From Mobula birostris (lineage: Eukaryota), in contig NC_092377.1 in the NCBI RefSeq assembly GCF_030028105.1, positions 134,449,356-134,513,355 on the forward strand: 64,000 nt of DNA, given 5' to 3'. How positions within the stretch are numbered: position 1 is the stretch's first letter; the number at the start of each line of letters is the position of its first letter. A program made the translations under genes and the position numbers. The notes beneath the pieces are model-generated. The model was not told the origin of the DNA. It made no database searches and saw nothing but the letters and a program-made list of their open reading frames with translations. Of the stretch, positions 40,901-49,401 are shown one piece after another.

Positions 40901-43900
40901 ACATTTGATAGAGCTATACAAAATTATGCGGGGTATAGATAGGGTAAATGTAAGCAGGCTTTTAAGAGAAGTTTGTATAGGTAATGGATGGTCGGGTTAT
41001 GGAGGGCTATGGTCCTGCTGCAGGTGGATGGGAGTAGGCAGTGTAAATGGGTCAGCACCGACTAACTGGACTGAAGGGCCTGTTCCTCTGCTGTAGTTTT
41101 CTGTGACTAAGACTCTAAAATGAACGTCAGGGTTGTATATGGTGACATGTGTACTTCGATAATAAATTTACTCTGAACTTTGATTGCTGATGCCCTAAAG
41201 TATTTCGCTAGCTATTACCTTACTAATGTACTAACAGCTACTAAGGCTGAAAGATGGGCAGATACAAGTGTAATTTTAAAATAAAACTATGATGATGGTA
41301 TTTAATTTCCACGAAAGGGAAGACATTCTAATACAGTTATCCACTGCCTTCATCACTTCTCATCCAGAGTAACTGGGTGTACCATTATGCCATCAGACAT
41401 TGCAAAATCCTCCTGGCCCCTTGGTGTGGACTAGATGGGCTGAAGGGCCTAGTTCAGTGCTGTAGGACTCTCTTAATGCATTGACAGTGCTGTCCTGGAC
41501 AAACAGCCACGGCTGTTCTGACAGAATTGTACCTTCCAACGCTAGGTTCTCCGCAGACCCCAAGTAGGTCCTGCTACACCAAGGGGTGGGGTGGGTGGGG
41601 AACAGGACAGTGGTATTCTGGTGGGAGGGAGTGAGCTTGCATCCTTGATCTGTACTCAATGTCACATGAGATCCCACGGTCCATATTCTGGCAAAGAAAC
41701 ACCATTTCCCATCTCCAGCTAATCAACCTTTGTGGCTTCATAATGAACACATGGACAGGGCCACAAGTGTATTCTTGATGGGAAGATTTGGTAAATTGGT
41801 TTATTATTGTCACATGTACCAAGTACAGTGAAAACTAGCTTTGCATGCCATCATACAGATCAGTAGTAATAAAGACAAATGGAATGTTAGTATTTATTTT
41901 GTGAGCGCTGAAATAACGTCGAGGCTTTATAAGGCAGTGGGTAGAAGTTAACCATCAAGCGTGGTGGTACATGCTTTCAGGCTTTTGTATCTTGTACCTG
42001 ATGGGACATGTTGGGGTCATGCCAACTGAAAAAACTAGGACACTTTCTTGTTCACGGTGTATATGTGATTGGACCAGGGCAGGCTAATAGTGACGTCCTC
42101 TCCTAGGAACTTGAAGCTGAAAGCTCTCTCAACTACTGCATTGCTTGCGTACGTGCTCACTAGCACCATTTTGAGGCTAGCACTTACTTGGAAGAAAATC
42201 GCACTCTCTGGTGTTACTGGGGTTGTGATTCAAGTGGTTGGTCCAATCTGCTTCCACCTTCAGATGCCGAATCCGAAGCAGTAACTCTGACCCTCTTGTT
42301 TTCTCTTCGCAGTGCTCTGACCCTCTGCTCCCAGTCCCAAGACCCCAATGTATCAGCACTGTTGACCAGACCAAAGTAATCGCGACACGAGACGCAAGCA
42401 AAACTCAGTCCCCTGCGGAATCAAGTTCAAATCCCCAGAGTTTATGCTCAGCTGTAGGTGAGTCTGCAGTCAGTGAAGGCACTTGCTGACTTTGACCTCA
42501 GTCTATATTCAACATTATTGAATATTGAAAGGCCTACATGGAGTGGATGTGCAGAGGATATTTCTTAAAGTAGGAAATCTAAGACCAAAAGGCACAGTCA
42601 CAGAAGACAAGGTCATCCCTTTGGAACAGAGATGAGGAGGTGTTTCTTCAGCCAGAGGATAGTGAATCTGTGGAATTCATAGCTATAGCTGGCTGTGGAG
42701 GCCAGCTGATTGGCTTCAGCTACACTGGACCCTTTCTAGTTCACCTTCTGCTCAAACCAGTGCACTGATGATTTCATAGCTTCAGCCTTTCACTCCATCC
42801 TGTCCCACCTAGAAAACGATGCCTCATACTTTTAAAAAGCACTTACTTTTTATTCACAGTCAGTTATTTTGTAAATAACGCTATTCTTTGCGTTTGGTTA
42901 GATGCTAACTGCATTTCATTGGCTTTGTATCTGTACTCGGCACAATGACAATAGCGTTGAATCTAATCTAATACGCCAGGATGTTGTTCATTGACTTCAG
43001 CTTGGCGTTTAACACAATCATCCTTCGGAGGCTGGTGGGTAAACTGTCCTCATTGGAACTCAGCACCCCTCTCTGTAACTGGATCCGAGTTGGCAGTTTC
43101 ATCTCAAGCTCCATCACACTGAGCACTGGTGCTTCTCAGCGTTGTGTGCTCAGTCCGCTGCTGACTCACGACTGAAATGCCAGGTCCAGCTCAAACCACA
43201 TCATCAAGTTCGCTGATGATACTGTGGTGGTTGGCCTCATCAGCAACAATGATGAGTCAGCTTACAGAGAGGAGGTAGAGAGGCTTGTCAAATGGTGTGA
43301 GAACAACCACCATTTTCTCAACATGGACGAGACAAAAGAGATGATGGTGGGCTTCAGCAAGGTGCCGGTCGACCGTTACACGTCGATGGCTCTGCTGTGC
43401 AGAGAGTGAAGAGCACAAAGTTCCTTGTGTGCACCTAATGGACGATGTAACCTGGACCCTCAGCACCTCATCGTTAGTCTAGAAGCCACAGCAGCGTCTG
43501 CACCCTCTGAGGAGACTGAGGCGTGCAGTGCTCCCCATCCCCACTCTAACCGCTTTCTACAGGAGAGTGGCCTGTGTGGCTGCATCATTGAGTGGTACGG
43601 ACTACAGGACCCTACCACAACAAACCACCAACAGGATCACCAGGGAGGAAGGAGATGCAGGGGCATCAGGACTAGGACTTCCAGGCCGTGAGTCTAATGA
43701 ATATCCTGACACTAGGACAGATTACTGTTTTCCTGTGCTGTGTTCTACATGTACTTTGAAATTTTTTTTAACTATTTGTGATATTTTGTTTTATGTGCTG
43801 TGTGTGATATGTTTTGTGGGTGCACTATTCTGGAGGAACGTTTTGTTTGGTTATATTCATGTACATTCAGATGACAATAACCTTCAACCTGAACGTGATA

Positions 43901-46900
43901 TTTAAAGCAGAGGGTTGATCAGTTCTTGATTAGTCAGGGCATCAAGTGTTACAGGGAGAAGGCAGGAAAATGAGGTTGAGAGGGATAATAAATCAGCCAT
44001 GATAGAATAGTGGAGCAGACTTGATTAGCCAAATGGCCTAATTTTGCTCTCATGTCTTTTGGTCGTATTTAGTCTTTTGAAGCTGTGCTTTACTACTCTG
44101 GTCAAAGTGTTGTCTGGAAGTTCTGTAAGCTTTAGTGGTTTATAAAAATGAATGCAGAAGCATATGATCGTCACCATAGCTAAGATTGAATTACATGAGT
44201 GATGTCAACAATCTTGGCCTTTTGCCTCACGAATAATGGAAGGCTGAGTATTGACAGAATTAGAGGGTCGATGTGTTGGGGTGCAAGGTTATAAGAGGTG
44301 TGTAAAACTAGAGCTCTTTATTGTTAAGGAGTCACCCCGTAAATCAGTAGGCAATTGAGGACATTTTCCACAGAGCAGTGAAAATGTGTAACTTATTTTA
44401 GTGATGATTGAGGTAAATGGCAGCTGTGGAATTTAACTTCAGAACATAAAATTCGTCCCACAATGTTGTGCCAACCTTTAACCCATTCTAAGATTGATCT
44501 AACCGTTCCCTTCCACATAGATCTCAATTTTTCACTCATCCATCTGCCTATCCAAGAGTTTTTTAAATGCACCTAGCATATTGGACCAGAGGGGTTCCAA
44601 TCTCCTTGCGGGCAGGTTGGCTAGAGTTGTTTGGGAGGCTTCAAACTAATTTGGCAGGGGGTTGGGAACCAGAGTGATAGAGCTGAAGCTGAGGTAGCTG
44701 GTTTACAAATAGATGCAATGTGCAGTGAGGAGAGGCTGTTTAGAAGGGCAAAATTGCAGTCAACAGGATGTAAAAGGTGGACGGTATTGAACAGCACTGA
44801 AGGTGTTATATTTGAATGCACACAGTCTACAGAAAGAGGTAGGTGAACTTGTAGCACAGTTGCAGATTGGCAGGTATGATGTCGTAGGCATCACTGAATC
44901 ATGGCTGAAAGATTATAGCTGGGAGCTTAATGTCTCCAAGGATACACATTGTATTGAAAGGATAGGCAGGAAGGCAAGGGGCAGTGTTGCTCTGTTGGTA
45001 AACAATGAAATCAAATCATTAGAAAGAGGGTCTAAAGGTGTTGAATCATTATGGATAGAGCTAAGGAGCTGCAAGGGTAAAAAGACCTTGACAGGAGGTG
45101 TCCCAAACAGGAGTAAGGATGTGGTCTACAAGTTACAATGGGAGATAGAAAATGCATGCCAAAAGGGCAATGTTGTGACAGTCATGTGGGATTTCAACAT
45201 GCAGGTAGAGTGGGAAAATCAGGTTGGTGCTAGATTCCAAGAGGGTGAATTTCTAGAATGTCTACGAGGTAGCTTTTTAGAGCCACTTGTGGTGGAACCC
45301 ACTAGGGGATCAGCTATTCAGGATTGGGTGTTGGCAAATGAACTGGAATTGATTAGAGAACTTAAGGTAATAGAACCCTTTGAGGAAAGTGTCAGTATTT
45401 GAGGAGATGCTAAAGTCAGGTGTATTAGTATTACAGTGAAGGAAAGGGAAACACAGAGGCATGAGAGAGGAGTTGGCCAGAACTGATTGGAAAAGAACAC
45501 TGGCATAGATGATGGCAGAGCAGAAATGGCTGAAATTTCCGTAAACAATTCAGAAGGCACAAGATATATACATATCAGAGAGGGAGAAGTATTCTGCAGG
45601 CAAATGACACAACAGTGGCTAACAAGAGAAGTCAAAGCCAACATAAAAGCCAAAGAGAGGACATATAATTGAGCAAAAATTAGTGGGAAGCGAGAGAATT
45701 GGGAAGCTTTTAAAAACCAATAGAACGCAAATTAAGAAGTCATAAAGAAGGAAAAGATGGAGTATGAAGGTAAGCTGGCCAATAGTATTAAAGAGGATAC
45801 CAAAAATTTCTTCAGGTACACGAAGTGTAAAAGAGAGGCGGGAGTAGGTATTGGTAAGATGGAAAATGAGGCTGGAGAGGTAGTAATGGGGGACAAGGGA
45901 ATGGTGGACGAACCGAATAAGTGTTTTGCATCAGTTTTCACTGTGCAAGACACTAGCAGTTTGGTGTAAGTTTCAGGTCTCGGGGTCATGAGGGATGTGA
46001 AGTTGCCATTACTAGAAAGAAGGTTCTTGGGAAACTGAAATGTCTTAAAGATAGATATGTTACCTGGATCAGATGGTGTACACCCCAGAATTCTGAAAGA
46101 GGTGGCTGAAGAGATTAGTAATGTTCTTTTGAGAATCACTAGATTCTGGTCTAGTTCTGGAAGACTGGAAAATTGCAAATGTCACTCCACTCTTTAAGAA
46201 GTGAGAGAGACAGCAGAAAGGAAATTATAGGACAGTTAGTCTGACCTCAGTGGTTGGGAAGATGTTGGAGTCAATTATTAACGATTAGGTCTCAGTGTGC
46301 TTGTTGGCACATGGTAAAATAGGCTATAGTCAGCAGGTTTCCTGACAAATCAACTGGAATTCCTTGAAGAAATAACATGCAGGATAGACAAAGGAGAATC
46401 AGTTGATCTTTTGAAAATCTAAATACAAAACGCTTTTGGCAAGGTGTCATAGCCTTTGGCAAGGCTGCTTAACAAGCTACATGGTATTACAAGAATGATT
46501 CTAGCATGGATAAAGCATTAGCTGATTGGCAGGAGGCAATCAGTGGGAATAAAGGGAGTCTTTTCTGATTGGCTGCTGATAACTAATGGTGATCCACAGA
46601 GATCTGTGTTGGGGCATATTCTTTTTTTTGTTATATGTCAGGGATTTGAATGATTTAGTTGATGGCTTTGTGGCCAAGTTTGCAGATGATATGAATAGGT
46701 GGAAGGACAGGTAGTTTTGAGGAAGTAGAGAGGATACAGAAGGACTTAGATTAGGAGAATGAGCAAAGTGGCAGATGGAATACAGTGTCGGGAGGTATTT
46801 TCTAAGTAGAGGGAAAAACACAAAAAAAAAAGGCGTAAAGGAACTTGGGAGCCCTTGTGCAGATTCCCTAAAGGTTAATTTGCTGGTTGAGTCTGTGATG

Positions 46901-48894
46901 AGGAAGGCAAATGCAATGCTAGTGTTCATTTCAAGAGGACTGGAATATCAACACAAAGATGTAATGTTGAGACTTTTATAAAGGACTGGTGAGGCCTCAC
47001 TTGGGAATATTGTGAGCAGCTTTTTGGGCCCCTTAGGAAGGATATGCTGAAACTGGAGAAGGTTCAAAGGAGGGTCATAAAAATTATTCTGGGATTGAAT
47101 GGCCTGTCATATGAAGAGAGTTTGATGGCTTGGACTGTATTCACTGGAATTCAGAAGAATGAGGTGTGACTTAAGGCGATAGAGTGGATGAGGTGAAAGG
47201 CCAATAGAGTGGATGTTGAGGATGTTTCCTATGGTGGGGGAGTCTAAGGCCAGAGGACACAGCCTCAAAATAGAGGGGCATCCTTTTAGAACAGGGATAA
47301 AGAGTGGTGAATCTGTGAAATTCTTTGCCACAGGCAGCTGTGGAGGCCTAGTCTTTATGTATATTTAAGGCAGAGGTTGATAGATTCTTGATTGAACAAG
47401 ACATGAAGGGATATGGGGAGAAGGCAGGAGATTGGGGCTGAGGGGACAATTGGATTAGCCATATCAATGTAGAGTAGATTTGATGGGCCAAATGGATTTT
47501 CTTTCCTATATCTTACAGCCTTATGGTATCTACCTCACCATAACAAACAAGGCATTCCACGCACCGATCACTCTGTATATTAGTCCAGGGGTTCCCAAAA
47601 TTTTTATGCCATGGACTCCAGGTCAAGAACCCTATATTAGTCATATGCACTGGGGAAAAGTCTCTGGCTCTCCACTCAAGGTAGTATTATATTTAAGGAC
47701 TTTGATGATAAACTTGCTGTGACTCTGGATCTGCATGGTTCACTGATATTGTAATAAGTCAGCTGAACCTTAATAGACCACTTGGTATTGATCTATGAAC
47801 TGAGTATGATGGGCAAAACGTCATCCATAGTCCTACTCACGATATCAGGGCATTGCTGTCCATGCTGGGGAAGCTGTCCCAACACTAGTGAAGCACCAGC
47901 CTCAGTTGTACTTGAAGAATCATTATTTTGTAGGAGTGCTGTCAATATCACCAGCATATATTTAGGCTTCTTGACACGTCCCCAAATCTGTTCCATCTGC
48001 CACCAACGTTGAGGGCAGAATAGAGAAACCCACAGGTGGTTGTGTTCCATAGAACACACCAAGTTATTCCATCATAGTTACCATCTGAAACCTGCAACAC
48101 AATCGTGAGAACCTTTAGGACTTCAGTTGCAGGGGTTAAAAGTGTTCATGCTACCCTCTCAAAGACATTTACCAATTTTTTTTTATTAGAGATTCCAGCC
48201 CATAAGCTATGGAAGGAAAACAGAGTCGGGGGAGAACATATAAGCTCATTAGATAGCGACAGAATTGACCCTTAAGTCTCTGGGACTGTAATAGCGCTAC
48301 CCTAATTAATTTTTTTGAAAGCCTCTTCTGTTTGTCTGGTTAAAAACAGCATAATTATAGAAATATGGGGAGGTGAGTGTGATCTTGTATTGTTGTTACC
48401 TAGTATTGAGGAGCTGCACTGTCCAATGTTTAAAGCTCTAGTCAGTGTTTGATCATTTTTATTTTCCAGTTACTACAAGTCCAACAAAGACTCTTTACGT
48501 GATGTCCGATGCTAAGATGTCTGCTCTCACGAAATCTATCATCACTCCTCTGGAAATCTCAACTCAAAGATCTCTGGGGACTCCACCTTTGAACACAGCG
48601 AGTCCGATGCTGAGCCCCTCCATCAGCAGCTCCAGTATGATACTCTCCAAAGCAGGACCTGTCCTCCGGAGCTCCTCCAGCACCACCAACCTAACACTGG
48701 GCAAGAGTGAAGCGAAACCTGCCTCAGGAGGAGAACGATTCAGCCTGGCAAAGAGCCAAGGCTCAGTGGCTACAAGTACAGAGACGGTGGGTAAAGTGCC
48801 CTCGGTGATGGACCAGGGTAGCACTATCATTCACACCACAGAAACTCCTTGCCTTGTGGGTCCCCTGGTGACCAGTGCACAGCAGTTACCATGA
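2233..48894 (+). CDS. KANSL3: KAT8 regulatory NSL complex subunit 3, spliced and 5'-partial (20 coding exons in window)
   Basis: Exon translations match vertebrate KANSL3 ([75 protein letters not shown]). All introns are GT-AG, phases are consistent, and the summed 2914 nt stay in frame to TGA at 48892-48894. Confidence 0.97.
3174..3359 (+). CDS. KANSL3: KANSL3 exon b ([18 protein letters not shown]...LQTLKCK)
   Basis: tttcag acceptor, GTATGC donor, 186 nt. Confidence 0.96.
3515..3829 (+). mobile_element. tRNA-derived V-type SINE; related copies near 1230-1375, 16975-17240, 19425-19740, 29583-31085 (split) and 39485-39730 (minus)
   Basis: A-box (gcgtagtggtta), B-box (ggttcgatttc), V-domain-like core (gggtttcctccgggtgctccggtttcctcccac in better copies) and a shared tail. 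Confidence 0.75.
3993..4124 (+). CDS. KANSL3: KANSL3 exon c ([10 protein letters not shown]...[16 protein letters not shown])
   Basis: tgcag acceptor, GTGAGT donor, 132 nt. Confidence 0.96.
5303..5419 (+). CDS. KANSL3: KANSL3 exon d ([16 protein letters not shown]...[12 protein letters not shown])
   Basis: ggcag acceptor, GTCAGT donor, 117 nt. Confidence 0.95.
7760..7861 (+). CDS. KANSL3: KANSL3 exon e ([34 protein letters not shown])
   Basis: aacag acceptor, GTCGGT donor, 102 nt. Confidence 0.95.
8224..8295 (+). CDS. KANSL3: KANSL3 exon f ([24 protein letters not shown])
   Basis: tttcag acceptor, GTAAGG donor, 72 nt; alpha/beta-hydrolase elbow region. Confidence 0.95.
8786..11310 (-). mobile_element. 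CR1 LINE, most of ORF2 (APE endonuclease + RT), frameshifted and internally deleted
   Basis: Fragments with GDFN (endonuclease), [41 protein letters not shown]; CR1 3' tail near 8786. Confidence 0.93.
11475..11776 (-). mobile_element. CR1 LINE 3' fragment
   Basis: [34 protein letters not shown]. Confidence 0.88.
12584..12658 (+). CDS. KANSL3: KANSL3 exon g ([25 protein letters not shown])
   Basis: tgcag acceptor, GTAAGT donor, 75 nt. Confidence 0.96.
13414..13571 (+). CDS. KANSL3: KANSL3 exon h ([21 protein letters not shown]...GGADDNLR)
   Basis: tttcag acceptor, GTAGTC donor, ends in phase 2. Confidence 0.96.
13651..13746 (+). mobile_element. Penelope-like element terminal fragment; related copies near 1800-2105, 6050-6180, 16560-16900, 51230-51345 and, on minus, 54810-54880, 55485-55585, 63950-64000
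   Basis: Recurrent cctgaygaagggtctcggcccgaaacgtc...gatgctgcctggcctgctgagttcctccagca module. Family assignment is from recall. Confidence 0.55.
14660..14723 (+). CDS. KANSL3: KANSL3 exon i ([21 protein letters not shown])
   Basis: ctgcag acceptor, GTGAGC donor. Confidence 0.96.
15591..15788 (+). CDS. KANSL3: KANSL3 exon j ([11 protein letters not shown]...RRDLAFEL...PASPSGSE)
   Basis: tctcag acceptor, GTAAGT donor, 198 nt. Confidence 0.96.
17272..17473 (+). CDS. KANSL3: KANSL3 exon k ([16 protein letters not shown]...VLTQKQAQ)
   Basis: tctcag acceptor, GTAACT donor, ends in phase 1. Confidence 0.94.
18109..18197. repeat. 45-bp tandem duplication inside a CR1 3' fragment (~18050-18545, minus)
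   Basis: aattatactaaactgagtaccatccatatccctc(g/a)atccccttc at 18109 and 18154. Confidence 0.9.
18588..19153 (-). mobile_element. Possible solo LTR
   Basis: TG...CA-bounded ~560-bp block with a minus-strand AATAAA near 18647; no clean TSD found. Confidence 0.3.
19795..19872 (+). CDS. KANSL3: KANSL3 exon l, 78-nt symmetric cassette-type exon ([26 protein letters not shown])
   Basis: tttcag acceptor, GTACGT donor, phase 1-1; matches human [13 protein letters not shown]. Confidence 0.93.
19881..19960 (+). repeat. (GT)n microsatellite / UG-rich tract
   Basis: About 20 GT units followed by degenerate gtgtgc units. Confidence 0.95.
20270..21195 (-). mobile_element. CR1 LINE 3' fragment
   Basis: [21 protein letters not shown]; [11 protein letters not shown] remnant. 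Confidence 0.85.
21360..21990 (+). mobile_element. Rex1/Babar-type LINE 3' fragments
   Basis: [26 protein letters not shown]; [22 protein letters not shown]-like remnant. Confidence 0.65.
22097..22288 (+). CDS. KANSL3: KANSL3 exon m ([15 protein letters not shown]...[14 protein letters not shown]...AKE)
   Basis: cgtag acceptor, GTGAGC donor, 192 nt. Confidence 0.93.
22926..23454. mobile_element. Tigger-type MITE (Tc1/mariner superfamily)
   Basis: Imperfect 23-bp TIRs (caggtgtgcgccgcttagtgtcc versus reverse-complemented caggtatgcatcccttaacgtcc, 17/23) with TA on both sides. Confidence 0.7.
23740..24045 (-). mobile_element. Rex1/Babar-type LINE fragment
   Basis: [32 protein letters not shown]...SDPTHP. 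Confidence 0.8.
24425..24970 (-). mobile_element. CR1 LINE 3' fragment
   Basis: Nucleotide similarity to the other CR1 3' ends (ggagcagg...ggctattcagcccatcgag tail; ctggtcctagactccc). Confidence 0.8.
25087..25171 (+). CDS. KANSL3: KANSL3 exon n ([28 protein letters not shown])
   Basis: Long pyrimidine tract plus ggcag, GTAGGT donor; KELTGLLT motif. Confidence 0.93.
25954..26117 (+). CDS. KANSL3: KANSL3 exon o ([13 protein letters not shown]...SAFHSIQAR...PAAT)
   Basis: cctag acceptor, GTACGT donor; phase 2 to 1 fits neighbouring exons. Confidence 0.88.
26405..27660 (-). mobile_element. CR1 LINE RT / 3' fragment
   Basis: [13 protein letters not shown]; [20 protein letters not shown]. Confidence 0.85.
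27831..27925 (+). CDS. KANSL3: KANSL3 exon p ([23 protein letters not shown]...TQ)
   Basis: gtacag acceptor, GTACTG donor; [11 protein letters not shown] motif. Confidence 0.93.
28378..28605. repeat. 24-bp minisatellite (catggcacacagtcgctcgggg(c/t)g), about 8 copies
   Basis: Direct tandem units without spacers; produces the repetitive ORFs (MHPERLCA)n. Confidence 0.95.
29626..30843 (+). mobile_element. Non-autonomous hAT (Charlie/Buster-type) DNA transposon with transposase C-terminal remnant
   Basis: 15-bp TIRs taacggtccccaacc / ggttggggacccctg; perfect 8-bp TSD CTTTACAG (29618-29625 and 30844-30851); [43 protein letters not shown] dimerisation-domain remnant. Confidence 0.92.
31622..31802 (+). 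CDS. KANSL3: KANSL3 exon q (AQTTKS...[18 protein letters not shown]...)
   Basis: ccacag acceptor, GTAACC donor; matches human GKPTAIHQLLTNGGLAKL. Confidence 0.93.
34434..35350 (+). mobile_element. CR1 LINE 3' fragment nested in the Tx1
   Basis: [27 protein letters not shown]...LERRRMRGD; ctatgtttcta tail. Confidence 0.9.
35757..36373. mobile_element. Solo LTR (617 bp, probably Gypsy-type) nested in the Tx1
   Basis: Termini TGTAAC...GTTACA; 4-bp TSD CTTG at 35753-35756 and 36374-36377; internal ~31-33-bp repeat x3 near 36277-36360. Confidence 0.85.
38785..39070 (-). mobile_element. Second, divergent Tx1 3'-terminal fragment
   Basis: [36 protein letters not shown] is homologous to 32170-32380; minus-strand AATAAA at 38796-38801. 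Confidence 0.8.
39201..39352 (+). CDS. KANSL3: KANSL3 exon r ([22 protein letters not shown]...)
   Basis: gtgcag acceptor, GTGAGT donor; matches human KVPTTITLTLR. Confidence 0.92.
39880..41105 (+). mobile_element. CR1 LINE RT / 3' fragment
   Basis: [22 protein letters not shown]; PQGSVLGP; SADDTKIGG. Confidence 0.9.
42313..42457 (+). CDS. KANSL3: KANSL3 exon s ([12 protein letters not shown]...NPQSLCSAV), putative extension exon
   Basis: Strong acceptor (ttttctcttcgcag) and donor (G|GTGAGT); phase 0 to 1 bridges exon r and the terminal exon. No recognised human homology. Confidence 0.78.
42740..43700 (+). mobile_element. Rex1/Babar-type LINE RT fragment
   Basis: [20 protein letters not shown]; [24 protein letters not shown]. 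Confidence 0.85.
44580..47525 (+). mobile_element. CR1 LINE, decayed near-complete ORF2
   Basis: LYLNAHS...[11 protein letters not shown] (endonuclease start), WDFN, tttgcagatgat RT core and a 3' tail. Confidence 0.9.
48470..48894 (+). CDS. KANSL3: KANSL3 putative terminal coding exon ([20 protein letters not shown]...SAQQLP*)
   Basis: ttttattttccag acceptor in phase 1; open S/T-rich frame to TGA; AATAAA about 260 nt downstream. Confidence 0.82.
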
Positions 48895-49156
48895 CTCCCG
48901 CAGAACAGTGGGAAATGTACAGAGACAATGATTTGCGTATTCCTTATTTTTGTAATATTTTATTGCGTACATTGGACCCTGTAGTAGATGCTTCTTTTGT
49001 TGACTCCAGCTCTCACTCGATCATCCCTGCAAGAGAGGCCAAATCAGATTTCTTTCCTGCTCCCTTCACGCTGACAGGGAGTGGAACAAGCAATCCAAGT
49101 TGGAAGTGAGTTGGCAGTAAAACCCTACAGCATTGACATTTCTACTGTCTCTAAGA

Positions 49157-49162
49157 AATAAA
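49157..49162 (+). terminator. Poly(A) signal AATAAA for KANSL3
   Basis: First AATAAA after the KANSL3 stop codon. Confidence 0.7.
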
Positions 49163-49196
49163 GACCAGGAAAACAAGCTTGTGGATGTAAGATTCA

Positions 49197-49202
49197 TTTA
49201 AT
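49197..49202 (-). terminator. Poly(A) signal ATTAAA for COX5B
   Basis: Plus-strand tttaat about 90 nt past the COX5B stop. A distal minus-strand AATAAA also exists at 48959-48964. Confidence 0.6.
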
Positions 49203-49294
49203 ATTTATATTTCTGTAAACAATACAGTACACTAATGGGCAACCTGCCCTAGGAGTGATCAACATTGGGTCCCAAACCATGCAGTAAGATTCAT

Positions 49295-49401
49295 TCAGTG
49301 TTGGTGAGGTACAAGCTTGTAATAAGCCCCACAAGACGGACAGCGTTGAGACTCGCCGTCGTGAAGCCAGAACCAGATGACAGAAGTGTTGTCCTCCTCA
49401 C
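49295..49401 (-). CDS. COX5B: COX5B exon 4 coding part ([35 protein letters not shown])
   Basis: tttctgcag acceptor; TGA at 49297-49295. Confidence 0.97.

Noticed and set aside
44803-45402. 199-aa ORF as a host nuclease gene
   Set aside because: CR1 endonuclease remnant contiguous with a frameshifted RT; no sign of domestication.
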